Positions 24,372 through 35,209 of a stretch of 64,000 nucleotides of DNA are shown piece after piece. A program made the position numbers and the translations under genes. Source of the DNA: Candidatus Poribacteria bacterium (lineage in GTDB: Bacteria; Poribacteria; WGA-4E; WGA-3G); contig CAXXUA010000003.1 of NCBI GenBank assembly GCA_963663765.2, positions 480,001 to 544,000 of the forward strand, in the 5' to 3' direction. The notes under the pieces were generated by a model. The model was given only the letters and a program-made list of their open reading frames with translations, searched no databases and was not told where the DNA came from. Position 1 is the stretch's first letter. Each line of letters starts with the position of its first letter.

Positions 24372-24869
24372 TTATAGCAGGGAAGGGACGGCAAATAAGC
24401 ATGATGTTCCCTTAAGTGCGGATTTTATGCGCTGGGATCGCATTGTTTTTTGATATGTTTCTGTGTAGAGTTTGATATATTCAGGTGATTTTCCGATCAA
24501 TCGTTCTGGTGGTGGTGTGTTGTTTTGGTTGTATATCAATAAGTATGTGCTGCAGAGGACGAGTCCTGCGCCGCCGAGGAATCCGTATATGTTTGGGCTG
24601 CCGAAACCGTATCCGCCGGGTGTTTGATTAGTGTCGCTTGTTGTACTTCCGAAGGTGTATGCGGCGAGGATGCCGGTAGTGGCACTGATGATGGGAACGC
24701 ATGCGCCGACAACCATCCATGTGGTTGTATTTATATCGTTTTTTGCGTCGAATTCGGCTTGAGTTATTGCTTTGTGCTTTTGTTGTTGTGCGAACGTTGT
24801 GAGTGGCGTACTACAGAGCAACGCTATCATACATGTAAGGACAATGGACGACAATTGTTGTAATCTCAT
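24372..24869 (-). CDS. Hypothetical exported/membrane protein
   Basis: GAGG RBS, signal peptide, two hydrophobic segments, PPERLIGKSPEY motif. Confidence 0.7.
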   Translation of the reverse strand: MRLQQLSSIVLTCMIALLCSTPLTTFAQQQKHKAITQAEFDAKNDINTTTWMVVGACVPIISATTGILAAYTFGSTTSDTNQTPGGYGFGSPNIYGFLGGAGLVLCSTYLLIYNQNNTPPPERLIGKSPEYIKLYTETYQKTMRSQRIKSALKGTSCLFAVPSLL

Positions 24870-24945
24870 ATATTACCTCTGAGATGTGTCGGATATGATT
24901 TAATGATAGCACAACGCATATTTTGTGGCAAGCATTTAATTTCGG

Positions 24946-25541
24946 AATAAGTAGTTTTGGATATATAAAAAACTTTTTGAAAATGCTATAAACATAGATA
25001 TAGACTGTATTTATAGCATATTTTATCATGACAAAAATGTCTAATTTGTAGTATAATATTAGAAGTGAAATTGGGAGGCGGTCACCTCCCAATAAATCAG
25101 AAAAGCAATCGGAGTTGCGATGTCTGAATTGTGATCTTTAGGTATGATACAAAAGTTATCTGACAAGTTCAAAACATGATTAAATTACTATAGTTTGGGT
25201 AATTTCCAATCATGAGTTGATAAGAAATTTATTCACTGCTTATGTTACCAAATCAATACACAACGAACAAAACGCAAACCCTCTTTGCTCCATCGGAGCA
25301 ATATGTTTATAGCTACATTGTCAACCGACATCTCCGCTCCAGCGGAGCGGTATGTGATTTCCAACACATAGCACTCCGCTGGAGTGCTATGTGTTCTCCA
25401 GTTTCATAATAATATACGAAACTCGTAGCAAAATAGACGTTCAATTGAATACTCAACTTCTACAAACTGAGAATTGTTCAAACAATAGTAAAATTACACA
25501 ACAAAAAAACGAGAAAAAACCCATTTAGTTGTTTTTTTCAA
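24946..25541. repeat. Blocks B' (24946-25160) and A' (25158-25541)
   Basis: Direct repeats of 23816-24030 and 23434-23812. Confidence 0.88.
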
Positions 25542-25803
25542 TATTCCGCAAAAATAGAATATTGACATAAACCCATACCACAACAGGATCGAGAATACTT
25601 TTGAAAAAAGGACAATAAACACAAAAAAACAACTAAAAAATTCGTAGATTAGGATAAGGTTCACAACCAGAAACATTCAATTGTTGAAGTTCTTGATGTA
25701 GATTTGGGAAATAATATCTGATAAGAAGCAATCCTGGTCATCTGATAATCCTGAAAACCATGGTTATAACAATTGCAGAAAACTCTACAATTTACAAAAT
25801 AAC

Positions 25804-25832
25804 TTGCATTCTTCTCAAAGATTAGACATAAT
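25804..25832 (+). promoter_or_regulatory. Putative sigma70 promoter
   Basis: TTGCAT-17 bp-CATAAT upstream of 25865. Confidence 0.45.
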
Positions 25833-25864
25833 AATACTGAACCGATTACTAAGGAAGAATTTAT

Positions 25865-26869
25865 ATGATACGTGTCACTTTCCAAACATTGCATGATGAG
25901 TTTTATCGTGTTCTCGCTTCCGTTGGTTTCACCGAAGAACGCGCAAGATTATGTGCAAAGTTGTTTGCCGAAAATCAACGTGATGGCGTATACTCACACG
26001 GACTCAACCGTTTCCCAGGCTTTGTTTCAGGCTTGCAACATAAACAGATAAATATTCAAGCAGTACCAGAAAAAGTAGAAAGTTTTGGTGTGATAGAACG
26101 TTGGGATGGCAAGATGGGTGTGGGACTTGTCAATGCACATCATTCTATGCAACGCGCGATGGAACTTGCCGATTCACACAGCATCGGTTGTGTAGGATTG
26201 TCAAACACAAACCATTGGATGCGCGGCGGTGCTTATGCACTTCAAGCTGCAGAAGCAGGAGATATCGGTATCTGTTGGACAAACACAACCAAACTCATGC
26301 CTCCTTGGGGTTCCGCAGAGAAAAAGATTGGAAACAATCCTTTGGCAATTGCTATACCCTGTGAGAATGGACATATTCTACTGGACATGGCAATGAGCCA
26401 ATATTCAAACGGAAAATTAGAAGTCTTGACACAGCAATCCAAACAACTCCCCCTACCTGGGGGTTATGATACCAAAGGAAATCTTACAGTTGAACCTGCC
26501 GAGATATTGGATTCAAAAAGAGCACTACCAATCGGCTATTGGAAAGGTTCTGGTTTAGCACTCGTACTTGATACAATGGCTGCTGTTATTTCCGGCGGAC
26601 AAGCAACACATCAGATTGCAGAGCAACAATCAGAACATGCTGTATCACAAGTCTATATTGCCATCAACGTTACTGGCATGATGGGTAAAGCAGTATTGAA
26701 TGAAACCGTTGAAGCTATTCTCAATGACTTACATACTGCTACACCATTAGATGAAAACCAGAAGGTGCGATATCCAGGTGAAGGCATGTTGCAGACACGG
26801 ATGGAAAGTGTAGAAAAAGGTGTCCTTGTGGACGAAGCACAGTGGCAGGTGTTGTTGGAAATGAGATGA
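25865..26869 (+). CDS. yiaK: 3-dehydro-L-gulonate 2-dehydrogenase (Ldh_2 family)
   Basis: DGVYSHGLNRF, NTNHWMRGG, ICWTN, GNNPL, LPIGYWKGSGL, RYPG. Confidence 0.85.
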   Translation: MIRVTFQTLHDEFYRVLASVGFTEERARLCAKLFAENQRDGVYSHGLNRFPGFVSGLQHKQINIQAVPEKVESFGVIERWDGKMGVGLVNAHHSMQRAMELADSHSIGCVGLSNTNHWMRGGAYALQAAEAGDIGICWTNTTKLMPPWGSAEKKIGNNPLAIAIPCENGHILLDMAMSQYSNGKLEVLTQQSKQLPLPGGYDTKGNLTVEPAEILDSKRALPIGYWKGSGLALVLDTMAAVISGGQATHQIAEQQSEHAVSQVYIAINVTGMMGKAVLNETVEAILNDLHTATPLDENQKVRYPGEGMLQTRMESVEKGVLVDEAQWQVLLEMR

Positions 26870-26975
26870 GAATAAACAGACTAACCACGGTTCTGCAATC
26901 TGCTAATCCTTTAGTAAACAACAAATTGCTGCAAATGTCCTATGACTGTAAATCAAAAAGATCCCAACGTTTATA

Positions 26976-27130
26976 ACACCATTTTCATGTGATAATGTCT
27001 CATTAGCACCGGAAATCGGGTAGGAGCGACAACACGGTCGCGACCGGGAGGTCCCTCCTACCGAAGAGAGTAACCCCTGGCAGTAAACAGTATAATTCCT
27101 AAATGAGACAAGATTTATTTGAATTGGTAT
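26976..27130. mobile_element. ATACC...GGTAT MITE family copy
   Basis: Matches 53301-53456 over its length. Confidence 0.85.
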
Positions 27131-27156
27131 AACTTAACACAGGAGTAACATACTGA

Positions 27157-28005
27157 ATGAAACTTGCATTCTTTGATGATTATAAACTCGGAGTAATAAC
27201 AGAAAACGACATTGTTGACATTAGTGATGCATTAAGTGGTATTTCGTTTCATACACCCCAAGAACTGATTCAGATGGTGATTGAGGATTTTGACAATCTG
27301 CGACCAACAATTATGGATGTAGTTGAAAATAGCAAACCTATTACATTAGACAATGTTACTCTAAAACCGCCACTACCCCGTCCCGGAAAACTCGTGTGTC
27401 TTGCAGGTAATTACATTGAACCGGACAGTCCCTCTCGTGGAGAATTTAATGCTTTCCTAAAATCACCCACCAGTGTCATCTCCACAAAGGAAACAGTTCA
27501 ACTTCCAGAAGCAGATGTCACAGTATTTCATTTTGAACCTGAGTTAGCAATTGTCATCGGAAAAACTGCAAAACATCTCACACAAGAAAATGCACTGGAT
27601 TGTGTTTTTGGTTACACACAATTTATTGATGTTTCTGCACGCGGTTTACCGGGAGGTTTCTTTCTGGGTAAGAGTTGGCACACCTTTGCTCCGATGGGAC
27701 CTGTGTTGATCACCGCAGATGAAATTTCTGACCCTAATGCACTTGATGTACAACTTTGGATAAATGACAGACTTCAGCATGATTTTTCTACTAACTCAAT
27801 GGCACGCTTTGTCCCAGAATTACTTGTGGAAGTGACAAATGTGCTAACATTGGAACCCGGGGATGTCGTCTCTACAGGCACACATCACGAAGCACTCACT
27901 GCTATTGGAGATGGAGATACAGTGCGATTGACAATTGAAGGTTTTGGACCAGAATTAATCGTTGAAGTCCATGATCCGTTAAAACGGACAACTTGGCGCG
28001 GTTAA
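27157..28005 (+). CDS. Fumarylacetoacetate hydrolase family protein
   Basis: LAGNY, FEPELAIVIG, DVSAR, GKSW.TFAPMGP, LEPGDVVSTGT. Confidence 0.92.
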   Translation: MKLAFFDDYKLGVITENDIVDISDALSGISFHTPQELIQMVIEDFDNLRPTIMDVVENSKPITLDNVTLKPPLPRPGKLVCLAGNYIEPDSPSRGEFNAFLKSPTSVISTKETVQLPEADVTVFHFEPELAIVIGKTAKHLTQENALDCVFGYTQFIDVSARGLPGGFFLGKSWHTFAPMGPVLITADEISDPNALDVQLWINDRLQHDFSTNSMARFVPELLVEVTNVLTLEPGDVVSTGTHHEALTAIGDGDTVRLTIEGFGPELIVEVHDPLKRTTWRG

Positions 28006-28014
28006 GAAAAAAGA

Positions 28015-28044
28015 TTGACAACCACATCGTTTTGCATGTATAAT
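28015..28044 (+). promoter_or_regulatory. Consensus sigma70 promoter
   Basis: TTGACA-18 bp-TATAAT upstream of 28179. Confidence 0.65.
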
Positions 28045-28178
28045 TTAGATTAATTGGGGATTTAGGACGAAGTTTGCATGCCTTCATTTCAACTTGGAAT
28101 GCGATGTCCAATACTAAAAGAAACAATCTTATACTAAGACAAAACCAACACGTTCTTGATGATAAGGAGAAGCGATTG

Positions 28179-29123
28179 ATGAATAGACACAGAAATATAG
28201 CCATGTATGCTATCTTTGCATTTATCTGTGTATGGATGGTAGGATGCGGCGGCTGTAATCCGGAACCGGAACCTATAAATATGGATCCTACGGAGGGATC
28301 AGAAGATGGTGGCACCACTGTCAGAATCACAGGTGATAAATTTGATATGAAAAACGGAGTAACCGTAACGTTTGGTGGACAACAAGGTGAAAACCCTGTC
28401 GTAACAAGCAAGACGGAAGTGACAGTCGTAACACCTTCTGGGAATGCAGGGGAATCTGTGGAAGTTGTTATTACCAATAATGGAAAACCTGATGTTTCTG
28501 TTCCCCTAACGCAGAAGTTTACCTACACCGATACGACACCCCCCACAGTAACTGCCACAGATCCTGTAGATGCAACAGAATTCTCTGAATACGAAGATTC
28601 TTTGAATGTCAAAGATAGTTTATCGGTTACCTTCAGTGAAGAAATAAATCCAGATAGTGTTATGATTGAAGTTGCAATTGCAAAAACAGAGGACTCTCTC
28701 AGTGAACCCACAGAAACGATGTTAGCTGGCAATGTAAGTGGTAGCGGTGATACTTTCATATTTACTACCGCTGAGGATGGGATGCCTATGCGTGCTGGAC
28801 GTATGTATACGGTTACTGTATCTGGTGCCAAGGATATGGCAGGAAATCCTCTGGCGAACGCACACAGTTTCAGTTTTACGATTACAAGTCCAGAACTGGT
28901 TGACAAATACTATTTCGTGACAGAGGAAGATATACAGGAAGTAAACGGCGAAGAAGCCCTGAAGAATATCGCCTCTCGACCTGAAGTATATGACAATGCT
29001 GAGTTGTGGAAACGAATCGTTGAAGCAAATCAGTATCAAGAAGATTATATCTTTGACCGAACGAAACTTAGTACTGGACAACGTTTATTTATAGCACGTG
29101 GTCCTGCTTGGGGTGATAAATAA
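28179..29123 (+). CDS. Lipoprotein with IPT/TIG domain, bacterial Ig-like domain and C-terminal LysM-like domain
   Basis: AAGGAG RBS; MVGC lipobox; PTEGSEDGGTTVRITG (TIG); DTTPPTV..VTFSE..DMAGN (Big_5); LKNIA..VY..WKRIVEAN (LysM-like). Confidence 0.78.
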   Translation: MNRHRNIAMYAIFAFICVWMVGCGGCNPEPEPINMDPTEGSEDGGTTVRITGDKFDMKNGVTVTFGGQQGENPVVTSKTEVTVVTPSGNAGESVEVVITNNGKPDVSVPLTQKFTYTDTTPPTVTATDPVDATEFSEYEDSLNVKDSLSVTFSEEINPDSVMIEVAIAKTEDSLSEPTETMLAGNVSGSGDTFIFTTAEDGMPMRAGRMYTVTVSGAKDMAGNPLANAHSFSFTITSPELVDKYYFVTEEDIQEVNGEEALKNIASRPEVYDNAELWKRIVEANQYQEDYIFDRTKLSTGQRLFIARGPAWGDK

Positions 29124-29327
29124 CCTACATCTAAAAAATCCTTACTCATTAAGGAATTCAACTGTGATTGCTTGTTGGAGTTTCTTTATTCAGTAGGTTG
29201 GGCTTCAGTAGGTTGGGGAATGCCTAAATGACACAATCATACCGTTGATTTGACCTCCTTGTAGCGAACCAGAAGGTCGCTTCTACTTGTTTCTCCACAT
29301 CTATGGTGAAACCTATATCTTATCAAA

Positions 29328-29379
29328 ATCAACATACAAAAAAGCCGTGTTACACAACACGGCTTTTTTGTATGTTGAT
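29328..29379. terminator. Bidirectional terminator-like perfect hairpin
   Basis: 24-bp perfect stem with 4-nt loop and A6/T6 tracts, between convergent genes. Confidence 0.7.
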
Positions 29380-29709
29380 GGTTTTGAAACCAAAGGTCAC
29401 CCTGTTTCCTTACCATCTTTATTAAGTGAGATGATATACCATCTCTAATTTGTAGTAAAACATTTAATTAATGGGGCACTCTTGTAGCGTAAACTTTTAG
29501 TTTGCGTTCTTATGACACAATAATTAAATGTTTGTGCTACAACTCCCGTGGTCGTCACCAAGAATTCACTCTTACAGAAGAATGAGATCGCAATAAACAT
29601 GTGGATTGACAAACCAATGGTTGTTAACAATCCGCATTTAAATATTGTACTTGATTATTGACTGTTGGTGTATGCATCACCACCGTTTGCCAAGCCATCC
29701 TCGGAAGGG

Positions 29710-30177
29710 TTACTCGGAAGGGTTGAGAGATACGAAAACACGATTGCCAGTTGGTGCTTTTTCATGGCAACCATCACAACCTGCTGCAGTGTTTGCATCA
29801 ACTTCGTTACCATCTACCCCATAGATCCATCCGCCATGCTCAGCATACATCTGGTCGTCGGTTTTTGTCATTGATACAGCCACCATAACAGCCGTATTGT
29901 CATCATTCATGACTTCCTTGACTATCTTTGAGCCAGCGAGATACGCTGTGCCATCGTTGTTCGCCATTGCAGCAGATTCATTGAAATATACGGTTCGAGG
30001 ATTTTCACCGTGTCCAGGACCTTCGGCTTCTTCAAGCACCCTATGTGCCCATGAAGTGTGTTCATCCATTTCTGGATCCGGCATTACCATATTTAGATCT
30101 CCCTGCATACGTTCACAAGCTGTGAATGCAATACAACTGATTAGTATGGCAATCATGATTATCTGAATTTTTAGCAT
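29710..30177 (-). CDS. Cytochrome P460-family-like monoheme c lipoprotein
   Basis: FTAC lipobox; YLAGSKIVKE, MTK, GGWIYG, C-terminal CDGCH, RVF. Confidence 0.72.
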   Translation of the reverse strand: MLKIQIIMIAILISCIAFTACERMQGDLNMVMPDPEMDEHTSWAHRVLEEAEGPGHGENPRTVYFNESAAMANNDGTAYLAGSKIVKEVMNDDNTAVMVAVSMTKTDDQMYAEHGGWIYGVDGNEVDANTAAGCDGCHEKAPTGNRVFVSLNPSE

Positions 30178-30552
30178 TATAATGCTCCTTATCTAAAGAG
30201 TTCTTAAGAAAATTGAAGAAGAGCAGCAAATAAATTTTGTAAGGCTTTAATTGAATAAAGTCTATTGAACTTAACTGACTATTCTTCAGAATTATGTACT
30301 ACATTATCTATTCTTAATGTTATCACAAATACAATCTTTTTACAAGTAATTTAATTCTTGAAATGATTTTACTTCCGAATATTTTGAATTGATGCTATAT
30401 ACATTTCCTATTAATTTGCTTCCTGAACGTAATGTTTTAGAGATTAATACCACCCGTCTCATGTCTGGTATTAGTGGTTTCTAACCCCAATTTACCAAAC
30501 ATGTGAACCAGTGAATTTTGACAATATCGCATTTATGAGATATGCTGTTTTA

Positions 30553-32160
30553 TTACTTAGAAGTCTTTAAGATTTCTGAATGAACCTTTTGAATATAAGC
30601 ATGTTTCGGTGCTTGTGAAATTGCTTTTTTTATTTCACGCCGTGCGTCATCAAAGTATTTCTGTCTAAAGTACACAAGTGCAAGCGTTGCAATATGTACG
30701 GGACGATTATCGCTTGCTACAGCAGATTTTGCAAGAGTAAGTGCCTCGTCAAGTAATCTGTTTTCCGTTGCAAGTAGTGATGCTAAAGCATCTTTTGGAT
30801 AAGGAACATTGGGAGCAAGTTTAATAGCGTGTCGGAAATCGGTTTCAGCTTTGCGTGACTCACCCCTTTTTTGATATACTAACCCGCGCCACCAATAGCC
30901 TGGTGCCCATGCAGGTTGACGATGTATCCCCATCGTATAAGCTTTTTCGGCACCATTGAGATCTCCTAACATCTGTCGTAGATTTGCAAGTTGAGAATAT
31001 GTATCCATAAAATCTGGTTCATTTCTAATGAGTTTCATGTAGTTTGACTCTGCTTCAGCATTGTTTCCAAGTTTTGCTGCGATTATACCCAAACGTAACA
31101 GGGCTTGTCGTGATTTTGGAGCTAACTGAAGTACACGTTTATATGTCTTTTTTGCGGATGCCAATTCTCCCATTTGCATCTGTACAAATGCGTAATCCTC
31201 TATTGCTGGAACATAATTTGCATCAGTTTGCATAGCTTTTTGTAGTAGTTGAAGTGCTTGTGGTCCTTGCTGTTTCTGAATAAATTGTTGTGCCTGCTGA
31301 TGATAAGTTTGTGCTAATGTCTTTCTGTATTGGGTGAGTACTTTTTCTTTATTCTCTTTTTCTCCGAGGTGTTGAAGTACATCTGCAAGAGATTTGTAAA
31401 ATATTGGTTCGTACGATTTTAATTGAATTGCTTGTTCATAGAATTGTCGTGCAGTCGTGTATTGAACTCGTCTTTCCGCTACTTTACCTCTTCCATAGGC
31501 AGCACTCGCAAGGGTTTTATCTAATGTGAGTGCATGACGGAAGACTGCATCTGCTTCGTCAGCACGGTTGAGTTTTAGTAAGACATGCCCAAGGTTGTTA
31601 TACGCGGTTATAGTGTCAGGATAAGATTTTACAGCATCAATATAGTATCGGCGTGCTTTTTCCAAATTATTGCGTTTGGTTGCAATCTGTCCTAATTCAA
31701 TATACCATGCAACAGGTATATTTTCTTGCGTTCTGTTAATAGCTTTCTGAAACCACTCGTTAGCTGCATCCAATTGTTTGTTACGATGGTAAGCAGTTGC
31801 GATTTTGGCTTGTACAGTTGGTTCAATGACAACGCGGTTTGCATGTGGTATATCGGACACAAGCTGCAGTGCATGTTTATATGCATTAATTGCATTTGTA
31901 AAATCTTCTAACTTTGCAAGAGAATCCCCCTGTCCAATATGTCCGATAAGAAGTCTTGGTTCGTTTTTAGCAATAATCTGATACTGACGAAGGGCATCAG
32001 CATATCTCTTTTCTTTAAATGTTCTTAGTGCTTCAGTGACTTGTTCTTGAATCTTTTCAGGAAATGTAGATACATCCCAAGAGGAGACTTCCCCAAAGAC
32101 TGGGACAGTGGTAATTAATAGCAAAACAAAAAGCACTTTTCGCAGTTGTGTCAAAACCAT
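30553..32160 (-). CDS. Exported TPR-repeat protein
   Basis: Signal peptide; repeated AYNNLG/LGxxA..A..P TPR patterns. Confidence 0.88.
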   Translation of the reverse strand: MVLTQLRKVLFVLLLITTVPVFGEVSSWDVSTFPEKIQEQVTEALRTFKEKRYADALRQYQIIAKNEPRLLIGHIGQGDSLAKLEDFTNAINAYKHALQLVSDIPHANRVVIEPTVQAKIATAYHRNKQLDAANEWFQKAINRTQENIPVAWYIELGQIATKRNNLEKARRYYIDAVKSYPDTITAYNNLGHVLLKLNRADEADAVFRHALTLDKTLASAAYGRGKVAERRVQYTTARQFYEQAIQLKSYEPIFYKSLADVLQHLGEKENKEKVLTQYRKTLAQTYHQQAQQFIQKQQGPQALQLLQKAMQTDANYVPAIEDYAFVQMQMGELASAKKTYKRVLQLAPKSRQALLRLGIIAAKLGNNAEAESNYMKLIRNEPDFMDTYSQLANLRQMLGDLNGAEKAYTMGIHRQPAWAPGYWWRGLVYQKRGESRKAETDFRHAIKLAPNVPYPKDALASLLATENRLLDEALTLAKSAVASDNRPVHIATLALVYFRQKYFDDARREIKKAISQAPKHAYIQKVHSEILKTSK

Positions 32161-32164
32161 GAGA

Positions 32165-33172
32165 TTATTTTTTCAGTTCAATTGTGATCTGTGAGACTCG
32201 TTTCAAGGCATCGTCAAGTATATACCATGGTTCCTCCGACTTTTTTTGGGTTAACCATTCCTTAAACGCTGTTTCTGCCTTGTTTTGACGAATCATATTT
32301 GCGATTTCGTTTTTTACTTCCGAATACTGTTTTTGACGTTCCGGCGTTTTTTTGATAAGTTCGACTATCAGAAAACCCTCTGGAACAGGAATAGGTCCCT
32401 TATGCTCAGAAGGTTTTAGTTGTTCAACAATTGCACCTAACGGAGAATCTATCTCCAGTGTCTGTGAATTAAACTTGATATAATCTTGAGATTTTGAACT
32501 TTGTTGAACTTCCTCTATAGTTTCGCCTTGTTGTAAACCCGAATTGATTTGTTCTGCAAGTTGTTTAGCATTTTGTTTTTCATGTTCTGAACTGTCCTCT
32601 TTAATGGTTATCAATATGGATTTAAATGTAACCGTAGCAGGTGCGATAAACTGTGGTTTATTTTGCTCAAAGTATTTTGGTGCTAAATCATCAATTTCTT
32701 TACTACTAACTTTATTGACAAACTGCCGTCTATAATATTCATCATAAATCAAGCCTTCATATACCCATTTCTGTAAAGTTTCTATTTCTAAGTCCAGTTT
32801 TATAAAAGAGTTTCGGAATGCTTCGTCAGAAGGATATGTTGCACGTAAAGCTGCAATCCGTTCTGTGACCTGTTTTCTTAGGTTAACAGCTGTAATTCCT
32901 ATATTTTCAGCCGCATGTAATACAAAATTGCGATTGATAATTCGCTCTAAATACTCTCGTTTTTCTTTCTCAGTCGGTTCACTGGAAAGTAGTTTATCTG
33001 TAATAGTTTTGATACGAAATTCGTCTGTCAATTCGCTTTGCGTAATTGCTTTTCCATTGACAACAGCAATCACTGAGTCTATAAGGGTTTGAGCGAATAC
33101 ATTCCCTACAAAAAGGAGAAGTAAAATGACAAAGTGCTGACTAAAGTATGGAAGTTGTTTTTGTATCCTCAT
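32165..33172 (-). CDS. SurA-like/parvulin periplasmic chaperone
   Basis: DSVIAVVNGKAITQSEL SurA N-terminus; degenerate rotamase domain (GPIPVPEGFLIV). Confidence 0.8.
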   Translation of the reverse strand: MRIQKQLPYFSQHFVILLLLFVGNVFAQTLIDSVIAVVNGKAITQSELTDEFRIKTITDKLLSSEPTEKEKREYLERIINRNFVLHAAENIGITAVNLRKQVTERIAALRATYPSDEAFRNSFIKLDLEIETLQKWVYEGLIYDEYYRRQFVNKVSSKEIDDLAPKYFEQNKPQFIAPATVTFKSILITIKEDSSEHEKQNAKQLAEQINSGLQQGETIEEVQQSSKSQDYIKFNSQTLEIDSPLGAIVEQLKPSEHKGPIPVPEGFLIVELIKKTPERQKQYSEVKNEIANMIRQNKAETAFKEWLTQKKSEEPWYILDDALKRVSQITIELKK

Positions 33173-33369
33173 GATTTGATAATAGCGTATTTTAGCGTTT
33201 AATTCAAGGTGTTTTTTATAGATGTAGGTGTGTACAGTAGGAGGATAAAGTTATTCAAAGACAGACTCGTGGATTATGTAGATTTCGCCAGATTAAGAAA
33301 TCAGATAACACCATACCAATACTTTACACACACATTTTCAGAGGGATTCAATTACCGATATTTTCCCAC

Positions 33370-33610
33370 GGTAGACGTGCTTTGTATGCGCGCCACCGAT
33401 GGTAGGCGGGCTTTGTAAGCGCGCCACCGATGGTAGGCGGACTTTGTAAGCGCGCCACCGATGGTAGGCGGGCTTTGTAAGCGCGCCACCGATGGTAGGC
33501 GGGCTTTGTAAGCGCGCCACCGATGGTAGGCGGGCTTTGTAAGCGCGCCACCGATGGTAGGCGGGCTTTGTAAGCGCGCCACCGATGGTAGGCGGGCTTT
33601 GTAAGCGCGC
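33370..33610. repeat. 31-bp tandem repeat x8 of a GTAG REP
   Basis: GGTAGGCGGGCTTTGTAAGCGCGCCACCGAT at 31-bp period; same REP occurs in the IS701 MITEs and at 47264-47333. Confidence 0.93.
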
Positions 33611-33858
33611 ATTCTTCTTTAGGCATTCCCCGCCTACCAGGGTGGGTTAGAAGGAATTACCAAATTTATTTATTAATCTTCATTTAGCTTGTGCAGATAT
33701 GGACACAAACTGAAAGTTTGTGCTACAAGATATAAGCTATTTATCAACATTTTTCTGATTATAGATGGTGTTTCTGGGTGTAAGTTTTTTAAGTAGCAAC
33801 TTGGACTATTATAGAATGTGCACTTAACCGACAATAGAATGCCTCTGGTTATCAGCAT

Positions 33859-34729
33859 GGTTGTGTAAAGTTTTTTCACAAACATCCCACTCTCCATTGT
33901 AGACGGTCGCGACCAGGAGGTCGCTCCTACCACCAAGATGTAGGGAACTCAAACAACGGAAAACAGAAAATCCGTGAAAGGTATCAACTATCCCGGGTGT
34001 GTAAAGTTTTTGCATAAACATCCCACTCTCCATTGTAGACGGTCGCGACCAGGAGGTTGCTCCTACCACTGTAGACGGTCGCGACCGGGAGGTTGCTCCT
34101 ACCATTGTAGACGGTCGCGACCAGGAGGTCGCTCCTACCATTGTAAACGGTCGCGACCAGGAGGTCGCTCCTACCACTGTAGACGGTCGCGACCAGGAGG
34201 TCGCTCCTACCACCAAGATGTAGGGTACTCATACAACGGAAAACAGAAAATCCGTGAAAGGTATCAAATATCCCTTGGGTGTGTAAAGTTTTTGCATAAA
34301 CATCCCACTCTCCATTGTAGACGGTCGCGACCAGGAGGTCGCTCCTACCACTGTAGACGGTCGCGACCATGAGGTCGCTCCTACCACTGTAGACGGTCGC
34401 GACCAAGAGGTCGCTCCTACCACTGTAGACGGTCGCGAGCAGGAGGTCGCTCCTACCACCAAGATGTAGGGTACTCATACAACGGAAAACAGAAAATCCG
34501 TGAAAGGTATCAAATATCCCTTGGGTGTGTAAAGTTTTTGCATAAACATCCCACTCTCCATTGTAGAAGGTCGCGACCAGGAGGTCGCTCCTACCACTGT
34601 AGACGGTCGCGAGCAGGAGGTCGCTCCTACCACTGTAGACGGTCGCGAGCAGGAGGTTGCTCCTACCACCAAGATGTAGGGTACTCATACAACGGAAAAC
34701 AGAAAATCCGTGAAAGGTATCAAATATCC
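33859..34729. repeat. Hierarchical tandem array: four GGGTGTGTAAAG-headed units holding 1, 5, 4 and 3 copies of a 36-bp REP
   Basis: 36-bp unit TGTAGACGGTCGCGACCAGGAGGTCGCTCCTACCAC; unit heads near 33859, 33995, 34277, 34523. Confidence 0.9.
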
Positions 34730-34736
34730 ATAAGCA

Positions 34737-35096
34737 CAGTGTTATTTAGTTTTAGGAGTTTTCTGTTATTGAGATATACTGAAAGTTAATACCCAAATGA
34801 GGTTTCCTAACTGCACCTTATACATCAATTTTAGATTATTGAAACATGAACATCGCTCTTTAGTCCCGTAGGGACGATATGTTTATAGAAAACGAATACC
34901 CTCCCCAGCTCTTTAGTCCCGTAGGGACGATATGTTTATTCTTCTATGCCGTTCCTATGGAACTCAAGAGAGTTAGATAACATTTTTCTATAAACATATC
35001 GTCCCTACGGGACTAAAAACACGGACAAGATGGCAACACATAAATTTAACGTCATAGCAAAAATTCATCAAAAATACCTAAAACTGAATAACCCTG
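34737..35096. mobile_element. CAGGGTTATT-family MITE
   Basis: Homologous to 8553-8911; 9-bp TSD CCATAAGCA/CCATCAGCA. Confidence 0.87.
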
Positions 35097-35209
35097 CCAT
35101 CAGCATCATTTTGATTGACATTTCCACTCTGTTGATGTAATATAGGAATTAAAAATCTTTCACATATCTAAATATCGTCATGAACAGCAGCATTAAATAG
35201 AGGACAACA

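Noticed and set aside
24122-24394. 90-aa minus-strand ORF
   Set aside because: It overlaps the neighbouring gene and the IS stub and has no recognisable motif; it could be a remnant but cannot be supported.
33370-34729. CRISPR array (31-36-bp periodic repeats, also 16249-16438)
   Set aside because: Units are contiguous with no unique spacers, match dispersed REP hairpins, and no cas gene is in the window.
33338-34789. Repeat-protein ORFs (PAYHRWRAYKARL.., SGRSDLLVATVY..)
   Set aside because: They are translations of REP arrays, open in several frames on both strands.
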